Assembly: GCF_006345805.1 (NCBI RefSeq)
Contig: NW_021827079.1
Coordinates: forward strand, 1 to 11,203
Length of the DNA: 11,203 bases
Direction: 5' to 3'
Source: Octopus sinensis
Lineage: Eukaryota
A program made the translations under genes and the position numbers. Each line of letters opens with the position of its first letter. Positions within the stretch are counted from its first letter, which is position 1. This document shows positions 1-7,569 of this stretch, piece by piece. Under the pieces are notes generated by a model that saw only the letters and a program-made list of their open reading frames with translations, was not told the DNA's origin and did no database searches.

Positions 1-7
1 CGCGTCG

Positions 8-279
8 TCACACACATATATGCACATGTGTATATGTATGTATGTATGTAGGCCGGCTGGTAGGTTGGTAGGTAGGTAGGTACTACTACGTACGTATAGA
101 CAGATGCATACATTTAAACATAGCACATATTTACATTATATATATAATAATCTTGATGTGTAGTTTTTTTCAATGTTGTCTCTTTTTATTTATTTATTTC
201 TCTCTCTCTCTCACTCACTCACTCTCTATATGTATGCATGTATGTATATACATATATACATATATAATATATATATAGA

Positions 280-312
<33 letters not shown>

Positions 313-320
313 ATAATAAA
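8..320. repeat. Compound microsatellite/low-complexity block: (CA)n, (TATG)n, (TAGG)n, (CT)n, (TA)n
   Basis: Tandem units read directly, e.g. tatgtatgtatgtatgta ~36-50, taggttggtaggtaggtagg ~61-80, (TA)n ~250-312. Confidence 0.95.
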
Positions 321-329
321 GGGACAAAA

Positions 330-620
330 GGCAAAACAAGCGGGACAACTAGGTAATACAAAAGGGGATAACAAAACATCCAGACAGACGATACAAAGAA
401 AACAAGGACGGGTCATTCGAAGTTTTCTATCTTCAGTCAAGAACCAGATTATCCTCGCAATTTCGGCTGATTATTCTTGAGATTGCTCCAATCTGGCCAG
501 CTCCAAGGAAAAACTAAGCTAAGAGCATTAGATTCCTTGGAGGAAAGCATCGAATTTATGCAAAAACAAGGACGGAAAAAACGGACAATGTTACACAAAT
601 ATAAATACAATAAAAATAAT
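330..620. repeat. Unclassified putative interspersed repeat with dense internal inverted repeats
   Basis: Higher-complexity block between (TA)n and a SINE. It has an internal direct repeat (aaaacaaggacgg at ~399-411 and ~563-575) and several stems at 437-542. Family not recognised with certainty. Confidence 0.45.
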
Positions 621-623
621 ATA

Positions 624-924
624 TGAAGTGTTTGCACAGTTGTTAGGATGCTTTGGACCCATGACCGTGAAGTCATGGGTTCGATTTTCGGAGTGAGCAG
701 CGCGTTATGTGCTTGGGCAAGGAATTTCGTTTAGCATTGTTGCTGCGCACTCAGTTGAGTATCAGTCCCTATAATAGCCGGGCGTGGTTAAGCCCCTGCC
801 ATGAATTGGCCACCATTCGGTGTGTTGGGTGGAGACTTTTGAACTCTCATCAGCCTGTAAAAGCTCAACACTAACCCCGAGGTAAGCCTCGGCCTCCTGA
901 CGCCTGTAGAAGAAGAAGAAGAAG
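624..924 (+). mobile_element. tRNA-derived SINE with CORE/Meta-like central motif and (AGA)n tail
   Basis: A-box-like TTGCACAGTTGTTAG at 632-646 and B-box GGGTTCGATT at 677-686. Central gcgttatgtgcttgggcaagg resembles the conserved tgtccttgggcaag SINE core motif. Tail agaagaagaagaagaag at 908-924. Confidence 0.8.
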
Positions 925-934
925 GCAGAAATTC

Positions 935-1235
935 TTTTCTTTTATGCTTTACATCTTCAATCTTTCTCTTTTTTCATTCATTCTTTTTTCTTTCTTCTAT
1001 TTAATCTCTTTTTTCTTCCTCATTCCCTCTCCATCCCCTTTGTCTCTTCTTTTCTCGTTTCCCTTTTGAATTTTTCTCTATTTTCTAACTTCACCTTTTT
1101 TCTGTCTTTACTCTTCCATATTTCTTCTTCTTTATGGTGTCCTCTTTCATTTATGACAATAATCATTTCATTCCTATCTTTACCTTCCTATATTCCTTTC
1201 TCTTTTTAAATCACTTTCTTTCTTCTCTTTTCACC
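935..1235. repeat. Pyrimidine-rich (CT/T) low-complexity tract
   Basis: Near-continuous C/T runs on the + strand with no periodic unit. Confidence 0.85.
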
Positions 1236-1256
1236 TACGTTAAGAAAAATGGATGA

Positions 1257-1397
1257 GTAGATAGATAGATAGATACATGCATACATACATACATACATAA
1301 ATACATACATACATACATACATACATACATACATACATACATACATACATACACAGGAGGCAGGCAGGAACAGACAGAGATAGAGAGATATAATAAT

Positions 1398-1460
<63 letters not shown>

Positions 1461-1485
1461 TAGATAGATAGATAGATAGATAGAC
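1257..1485. repeat. Compound tetranucleotide microsatellite (TAGA)n-(TACA)n-(TAGA)n
   Basis: (TACA)n at ~1275-1353 and (TAGA)n at ~1257-1274 and ~1398-1484, read directly. Confidence 0.95.
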
Positions 1486-1534
1486 TACTTTCGCTTTTAT
1501 ATTCTCTTCTTGTTTTTCGTCCTTCGACTGGCTT

Positions 1535-1570
1535 AAGAATACAGAAAACATTTGCCCAAGGTGCTGTTCA
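1535..1570 (-). mobile_element. Short degenerate CORE-type SINE fragment
   Basis: Minus strand gcaccttgggcaaatgttttctg resembles gcatcttgggcaagtgtcttctg in the SINE at 9650-10083. Confidence 0.4.
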
Positions 1571-1576
1571 GTAAGA

Positions 1577-2285
1577 TAGATTTCTTTATTGGCCACGCAG
1601 GGCTGAACACTGAAGGGACAAAATACAAAGTAGAGCTTTTCTTTTGGGGAAGAAGAGAAAGAAAAAAAAAGGGGTCGAATTCCGACCAAAAGGGATCGTG
1701 AAAAAAAAGGTGGGGCCGATCAATAGGGATCGTGTATCACAGAAATGTCAATGTAAAAAGGGAAAACAGATTGGGTTTGTCCGTGGATAAAAAAAGCCTA
1801 TGAAAAAGACCACGGGAACCTTGGGCAATAGTGTCATGCAAAAAGAAAACACATTACAGTAAGTGGCTCTCATTTTTCCTTTCCTTTTTTTTGTGTTCAT
1901 AGGATTATGCTCAAACTGGCTCCGTCATTCACACGTACCATCATTGATACATTCTCCCATCTTTTTATGAAACATTCACTAGGCAAAACTTCCCTCTCTA
2001 CCCTCACCTTCCTCTTCAAGTGATACTTCAAGAAGTTGATGAGAGATTGGCCAGAGAGGAAGGTGTTTGTCTCTAGACCTTTCAGAAGCGTCCACCATAC
2101 AGATTCTTTCGCCATAGCAACAAGTATGATGAAAATGGTTCTTCCTTTCTGATTCAAGGAAGGAGGCGCGACAATATTCACGATAGACTCGGTTGATAAG
2201 CCGACTCGTCACACACGCCATAGCAGTCGTTCGACATAGGCCCACAGGAAACCATGAGGTAACAAAGCGAACTCTGTATCCGCAG
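1577..2285 (-). mobile_element. 5'-truncated L1/Tx1-clade non-LTR retrotransposon (ORF2 C-terminus plus 3' UTR)
   Basis: The minus frame reads FLWAYVERLLWRV*RVGLSTESIVNIVAPPSL...IFIILVAMAKESVWWTLLKGL...FLKYHLKRKVRVERE...FIKRWENV...SIIL* (stop at 1897). This has the pattern of the region after the zinc knuckle at the end of L1/Tx1 ORF2 (LW; AK..W; F...L..K..VE; F..RW). A ~320-nt T-rich 3' UTR follows, ending in AATAAAGAAA (1590-1581). Recognised by pattern, not by search. Confidence 0.7.
1897..2250 (-). pseudogene. L1/Tx1 ORF2 C-terminal remnant with one in-frame stop
   Basis: ORF-track 1897..2181 (-) extends upstream in frame through a TGA into FLWAYVERLLWRV. Confidence 0.65.
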
Positions 2286-2353
2286 ATATATATAGGTACA
2301 TGTGCGTGCGTATAGACGCACGCACACACAGAGATAGATAGATAGGTATATGG

Positions 2354-2388
<35 letters not shown>

Positions 2389-2395
2389 TAAATAT
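2286..2395. repeat. (TA)n and mixed dinucleotide microsatellite
   Basis: (TA)n at ~2356-2386 with adjacent CA/GATA repeats. Confidence 0.9.
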
Positions 2396-2426
2396 GTATG
2401 AAGATATCTATACTATAATGGAGAAA

Positions 2427-3013
2427 GGCGGCGAGCTGGCAGAATCGTTAGCACGCCGGGCAAAATGCTTAGCAGTATTTCGTCTGCCGTTACGTTCTGA
2501 GTTCAAATTCCGCCGAGGTCGACTTTGCCTTTCATCCTTTCGGGGTCGATTAAATAAGTACCAGTTACGCACTGGGGTCGATATAATCGACTTAATCCGT
2601 TTGTTTATTCTTGTTTGTCTCTCTGTGTTTAGTCCCCTGTGGGTAGTAAAGAAATAGGTATTTCGTCTGCCGTTACGTTCTGAGTTCAAATTCCACCGAG
2701 GTCGACTTTGCCTTTCATCCTTTCGGGTTCGATTAAATAAGTACCAGTTACGCACCTGGGGTCGATATAATCGACTTCATCCGTTTGTCTGTCCTTGTTT
2801 GTTTGTCCTCTCTGTGTTTAGCTCCTTGTGGGTAGTAAAGAAATAGGTATTTCGTCGGTCTTTACGTTTGAGTTCAAATTCCACCGAGGTCGACTTTGCC
2901 TTTCATCCTTTCGGGATCGATAAATTAAGTACCAGTTATGTACTGGTTCGATTTAACCGACTGGCTCTCCTCCCCAAAAATTTCGAGCCTTGTGCCTAGA
3001 GTAGAAAAGAATC
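2427..3013 (+). mobile_element. Trimeric tRNA-derived SINE with Deu/Nin-like central motif and 11-bp TSD
   Basis: A-box TGGCAGAATCGTTAG at 2437-2451 occurs only in unit 1; B-box GTTCAAATTCC at 2501-2511. The motif gtatttcgtc recurs at 2475, 2658 and 2847 (periods 183 and 189). Each unit contains gactttgcctttcatcctttcggg.tcgat...gtaccag. Flanked by TAATGGAGAAA (2416-2426) and TAATGAAGAAA (3014-3024). Confidence 0.9.
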
Positions 3014-3481
3014 TAATGAAGAAAGCTGCTTATTAATTAGATATGTAACAAGTACTAAAAGAAAGCAATTATTAAAGGGTCGACTGTCTGGAAATATTTC
3101 TATAAATTCATGTTCAAAGAAATTTCCTATAATTTTGATATCTCAACTTTATTGAATTTTTTTAAATATTCACTTCGTCCAATTCAACACAAATTTAAAT
3201 ATTCATTACATTCACTGCGGATTATTCCATTTTCCTTTGCAAAGTCGCTCACTTTCTCTTTTAAGTTTTAATTCGATATTAATGTATATGTAATGTAAAA
3301 CCATTATTTATTGAATGAAATTTTTTAAATACCCCGTATAATTTTTGAACGCAGGATAGGTGTGAGAAGAGCCGAGAAAGTTGGGTAATTACTATAAGAA
3401 AATAAGGAAAAAAAAGACAAAATGTTACTGACAAATACTCGGAACTTGCATCTTATTCACAGTTTCCAAACACAACTTTGG

Positions 3482-3640
3482 CAGTCACACACACACACGC
3501 ACATACATACACACATACCAATACACACTCGCGCGCACACATAGATAGACGTACGCACAAATGAAAGGCAATGAATGAATATGTGTGTGTGTGTGTGTGT
3601 GTGCGTGTGCGTGTGCGTGTGCGTGTGTGTGTGTGTGTCA
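3482..3640. repeat. Inverted pair of dinucleotide microsatellites, (CA)-rich then (TG)/(TGCGTG)-rich
   Basis: CA-rich 3485-3540 and TG-rich 3582-3638, read directly. Confidence 0.9.
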
Positions 3641-4006
3641 CTGCTGAAGTGAACAGCGCGCGCTGTTCACTGACAAAACCTCGTGCTAAATCACTTTTGT
3701 GAAGTTTTGACAGTGAACAGGTTGCAGTTTCAAAGCAACGAAAATACTTTGACAAAAATTAAGTTTTAATGTTGAAGTGAAACTAACGGTATTTTTGTGT
3801 TCTTGAATGGTTTGCAAACATCTTCCACGCTGCAATTGTTTTTGTTTCCGCAGACGATCTCAAATCAAGTCATTTACTATGCAAGTACATCTCCGTAATT
3901 TCTGTAAATCATTGTGGATAAATGCCAGCAATGACCTCCTCAGGCTCTTCAATATCTTAATTTCTAAACAGAAACAATCGGGGGCAAGGAGTGGAGTTAC
4001 AACAAA

Positions 4007-4793
4007 TTCGGGAGAAAAAGGTGGATAAGGAATTTTTTCCCAACCAAGCTCTTCGATCTTCAGTGATTTGATCTTTGCAGTGTGGGGTAACGTATTGTCC
4101 TGATAAAACATCACTCCTTTTCGATTCTTAAAAGCTTCGTTCAAATGCTCTAATTGCTGACCGTAGACTTGAGCATTGATTGTTGCATTAGGTGGTAACA
4201 ATTCAAAGTGAATTTTTCCTTTGTAATCCCACCAGATAGGGAGAAAAACCTTTTTCCCATGAAGTTCCCTTCTCGGTTGTGGTTGAGCTTTTTCTCTTTT
4301 ACCAAGCCACTGTTTACGACGTTTAACATTTCGATAGAAGATCCATTTTTTGTCACCAGTCACAAGTCTATCCAAAAAGGGTGAAATGAGTTCGCGAGAA
4401 TGGAGAGAAAAGCAGATGTCAACTCGGGATTTGCGGTTGCTTTCGGAAAGTTCATGAGGCACCCATTTTCCAAGTTTAGGAACCTTTCCAAGTTGTTGAA
4501 GATGACGATTAATAGTTGTATGGTGTGAACTAAGCTTTATTGCCAATTCTTCAACTGATAATGCAGAATTTTCTTCAAGTAATGCCTCAAGGATCTTATC
4601 CTCAAAGTCAACTGGACGTCCTGTTTGATCTTCATCGCCACTTCTGAATTTTGCAAACCATCTTCTGCAAGTTCTTTCATTCAAGAATTCTTTGCCATAA
4701 ACTGAGTGTGTTTCAAGTCGCTTCGGTTGCAGAGTTTTCTTTTTTGTACTCATAAACCATTATGTGCCTCAAATGCTCTTTGGATACTTCCAG
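4007..4793 (-). pseudogene. mariner transposase pseudogene
   Basis: Ancestral start region (CTG in place of ATG at 4793) reads xEVSKEHLRHIMVYEYKK, then frameshifts into ORF 3860..4753. That ORF has TCRRWFAKFRSGD (HTH), GRP, KLGKWVPHEL (WVPHEL), DRLVTGDKKWIFY (first D), QDNTLPH (second D) and PPFSPE (YSPDL-like). Small internal deletions and decayed motifs indicate it is inactive. Confidence 0.9.
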
Positions 4794-4976
4794 GTTAAAA
4801 AGGGTTTTAATCCAAGAAATTTTAATTCTATTGTTCTGTAAAATAATATTTAATTAGTTTAAATGTACACAAATGCATAGAAATAATTTTTAATTCCATT
4901 AGACATTCTAAAATACTATTAAATTTCATTCAATTTTAAAAAAGGTAAAATCGGACAGAACTTATGGATGACCTGA
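4007..4976 (-). mobile_element. mariner-family (DD34D) DNA transposon, 3' end missing
   Basis: 5' TIR TCAGGTCATCCATAAGTTCTGTCCGATTT at 4976-4948, preceded by TA (4978-4977). Transposase motifs follow. No matching second TIR found in the window. Confidence 0.9.
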
Positions 4977-5106
4977 TATATATATATATATTATATATAT
5001 ATAATATATATATATATGTATGTATACGCATATATATATGCATGTGCGTATGTATATGTGTATATAAGTGTGTGTTGTGTAGGTAGATAGATATAGATAG
5101 ATGTAA

Positions 5107-5138
<32 letters not shown>

Positions 5139-5175
5139 TATATATACATACATACAAACACACACACACACACAT
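4977..5175. repeat. Compound (TA)n/(TG)n/(TAGA)n/(CA)n microsatellite
   Basis: Read directly. Confidence 0.95.
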
Positions 5176-5249
5176 CGATCTCCATCCTTAGACATCCCGT
5201 GCGAAATTTAATTTATAGGTCCCAAAACAGATTTCGGGGCATTCTTTTC

Positions 5250-5254
5250 TTTTT

Positions 5255-5298
<44 letters not shown>

Positions 5299-5389
5299 AT
5301 ATATATATATATATATATCCATCTGTCTGTCTCTATCTCCCTCTCCCTCTCTCTCTCTCTCTCTTTCTCTCTTTATATATATATAGCCA

Positions 5390-5420
<31 letters not shown>

Positions 5421-5450
5421 TCACCTATCTCTCCCTCTCTCCCTCTCTCT
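5250..5450. repeat. Compound (CT)n-(AT)n-(TCTG)n microsatellite, duplicated as a block
   Basis: The pattern (CT)n-ttt-(AT)n-ccatctgtctgtct occurs twice, at ~5261-5333 and ~5350-5407. Confidence 0.85.
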
Positions 5451-5848
5451 GTAATAGTGTCTCAGTCACCAATCCTTAATCACTTTGCATGACAAAACCA
5501 AAAACTTATCTCGCTCGTCTCATTAACGTTACCATTATAATTCCGTCCACAAATCGACTTCCATTGACTACATATTCTACCGTTCTGTTTGGTCAACATC
5601 CATAAATCATATGATTGCCGGAAAGTCTTGCTCACGCACCTCCACGCCCAGAAACACACACACCATCTTGTGATCCTATAAACACCCATTAGCTATTCAT
5701 TATACACTCTTATATGATTCTATTGTAATCTTGCTTATCATCGCAATCCTGTTTAATTATTAATCTCCACGCTACCGTTCTCATTCCGATACATTCGTTT
5801 ATATTCACATTTATGACGCAGCGGTTTTAAGGATAAGATTAATTACGT

Positions 5849-5925
5849 GAAGAAGAAGAAGAAGAAGAAGAAGGAGGAGGAGGAGGAGGACGACGACGAC
5901 GACGACGACAATGACGACAACGACT
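5849..5925. repeat. Trinucleotide tract (GAA)8(GGA)6(CGA)6, probably the tail of the adjacent SINE
   Basis: GAA 5849-5872, GGA 5873-5890, CGA 5891-5908, then degenerate units. It abuts the SINE 3' end. Confidence 0.9.
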
Positions 5926-6129
5926 ATAGGCAGAAGCCTGAAAATTAGGGTTGGAGGAGAGTCGATTCGATCGACCCTAGTACTTGACTGGTACGTATTT
6001 CATCGACCCCTAAAGGATGAAAGGTAAAGTGGCATTTAAACTCAGAATGTAAAGACGGATGAAATGGCGCTGACCCCGAAAGGATGAAAGGCAAAGCCGA
6101 CCTCGGCGGAATTTGAACTCAGAATGTAA
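5926..6129 (-). mobile_element. 5'-truncated dimeric SINE, same family as 2427-3013
   Basis: Minus strand: ttacattctgagttcaaattccgccgaggtcggctttgcctttcatcctttcggggtc (6129-6072), then agcgccatttcatccgtctttacattctgagtttaaatgccactttacctttcatcctttaggggtcgatgaaatacgtaccag, ending ...caggcttctgcctatag. Confidence 0.85.
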
Positions 6130-6148
6130 TATAAACGTTTCAAATTTA

Positions 6149-6512
6149 CCGGCAAAATTAGTTTAAGACCATGTAATATGTATGCAATTTTTTTTGGCCA
6201 AATTGGGTGGTCACACAACGAGCCTAAATGCACCATATAAAGTTATAATTTAACGTTATTATGCAATTTATTTAATAATGGGAAAACAACGTAGCCTTAG
6301 TCCAGTCACGAGAGCAAAAATCGTATATTACAGCAAAAAGTTTCCTTTTCGAACATCAGCAAGCAACTAAAGTGCTGTAAACCGGCTTGCGTGCAAGCGT
6401 GGAAGTTATACTCGGAGACTGGTCAATATAAAGATCGGCAAAGGACTACTAACAGAATATTTTGTAAGAAATAGAATTTTAATCATCGGTCTTAAATTTA
6501 TTTTCGCCAGTG
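6149..6512 (+). mobile_element. Non-autonomous Tc1-like element with both TIRs, TA flanks and only the transposase N-terminus
   Basis: Right TIR 6488-6512 reverse-complements to CACTGGCGAAAATAAATTTAAGACC and is followed by TA (6513-6514). Degenerate left TIR CCGGCAAAATTAGTTTAAGACC at 6149-6170 follows TA (6147-6148). Confidence 0.75.
6278..6447 (+). pseudogene. Tc1 transposase N-terminal paired-like HTH remnant, frameshifted and absent from the ORF track
   Basis: ATG at 6278 gives MGKQRSLSPVTRAKIV. After frameshifting, 6352 onward reads NISKQLKCCKPACVQAWKLYSETGQYKDRQRT, matching the Tc1 pattern MGK...LS...R..IV...ISKQL......YxETG....RxGRP. Confidence 0.75.
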
Positions 6513-6759
6513 TATATATTATATATATATAATGTATATAATACGAGAATTTTAATGGAGATAACCTGCAGTATATAGTACAACATTTTTGTCTCCGTAT
6601 ATGAGCTAAGTATTAATAAAATGTGGTATACGATAAAAATTTCTGATATTTGTCTTAAAACATTCAGACAAGAAAATTCAGATGTAGCACATGAGGTATT
6701 ATTCCATACGAATATACACATATTTATGTTAAGAGTTTCATGATAAAAATATAGAAATA

Positions 6760-7325
6760 TTGGGTTGTCCGGAAAGTTCGTGCCGATTTATAGTAGCTTA
6801 TCTTTCGACTTATTTCAGAACATGTTTGAGTCCATAAAATAGGATTTGACTACACCCCCATTTAGAGCACAGTTTAAGCTATCTTTTCGTGGAAGAAGGT
6901 TTATGTTCCTATAACCTGTGTTAATTCTGTAACCCTTTAAAATAAAAGATGAGAAAGTTCATTTTCGGCACTTGATGCTTTGGGAACCGGACAAAAATTG
7001 CTGCAGCTCGGCTGGGATGTGTTACCCGCACCTTCCCTATTCCCCAGATAATGCTCCTTCGGATTTCCACTTATTCAGGTCTCTGCAGAAAAGTCTTAAT
7101 GGTAAAAATTTCAATTCCTTAGATGACGTAAAAAGATACCATGACGAATCCTTTGCCTTGAAACCACCCCAATTCTGGGAAGAGGATATTTTCAAGGTAA
7201 AGGAAAGATGGAGACGTATTGTGCAACGAAATGGTTCAGATTTGGTTCATTAAAAATGTAATGGCAAGTATTTAGTGACCTTTACTTTCCTTTAAAAATC
7301 GGAACGAACTTTCCGGACAACCCAA
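6760..7325 (+). mobile_element. Internally deleted non-autonomous mariner, 566 bp
   Basis: 30-bp TIRs TTGGGTTGTCCGGAAAGTTCGTGCCGATTT at 6760-6789 and 7296-7325 (one mismatch). TA duplications at 6758-6759 and 7326-7327. Confidence 0.95.
6942..7253 (+). pseudogene. mariner transposase remnant: first 15 codons fused to the C-terminal part
   Basis: IKDEKVHFRHLMLWE (6942-6986, ATA in place of ATG) is joined to sequence encoding QKLLQLGWDVL in a shifted frame, then PHLPYSPDNAPSDFHLFRSL...ERWRRIVQRNG. The YSPDLAPSDFHLF motif with the third catalytic D is present. Confidence 0.9.
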
Positions 7326-7569
7326 TATAAACATAACAATGAAATACGAATATAAACATGAAAAAAAAAATTGAAAGAGGCGATTAAAATTTTTTTCCTA
7401 ACCTGCAGCCGTTTAAGAAAAGTGGTTGTACGAGGTATTCGAAATTCAGCCCTCCTTTCTCAGGGTTCCTTTCTCGAGGTAAAATCCATCAAAAAGCATT
7501 AAGGCACTACATGGTGAGTATTCAGTTGGTGAAAGTTCAGTTTTTGAGTATCGATGAATAAGTGACAGG

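Noticed and set aside
395-445. Hammerhead-like CTGAAGA...CGAAT on the minus strand, with TTCTTGA/TCAAGAA as a possible stem I
   Set aside because: GAAT replaces GAAA, stem II lacks the G-C closing pair, and the only GAAATTGC/GCAATC stem III candidate is in the wrong order for type I, II or III folds.
632-690. tRNA-like A/B boxes here and at 2437-2511 and 9660-9712 as tRNA genes
   Set aside because: There is no complete cloverleaf or acceptor stem, and each continues into a SINE core and tail.
219-1689. ORF-track entries 219..440, 449..676 and 1240..1689, and similar ones at 3453..3755, 4936..5492 and 9265..10014
   Set aside because: They are translations of microsatellites (YI, YLSI, CV, RE, HT runs) or of SINE/repeat sequence, with no protein-like content.
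1750-2199. Apparent + strand spliced gene with a 44-nt GTAAGT...polypyrimidine-AG intron (1859-1902)
   Set aside because: The joined frames contain several stops. The region is better explained as the antisense of an L1/Tx1 ORF2 end and its 3' UTR.
2404-2420. ATCTATACTATAAT resembling a Helitron 5' end
   Set aside because: It is short and AT-rich, partly forms the SINE TSD, and has no linked Helitron body or nearby 3' end.
2394-2755. ORFs 2394..2657 (+) and 2408..2755 (-) with repeated peptide blocks
   Set aside because: They are chance frames across the tandem SINE units.
2475-3010. Regularly spaced repeats that could suggest a CRISPR array or satellite
   Set aside because: The units are ~185-bp SINE bodies with no unique spacers, there are no cas genes, and the context is eukaryotic.
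5525-5680. + frame HKSTSIDYIFYRSVW resembling the APE endonuclease SxIDY motif
   Set aside because: There is no downstream SDH motif or other endonuclease motifs, and the frame is short.
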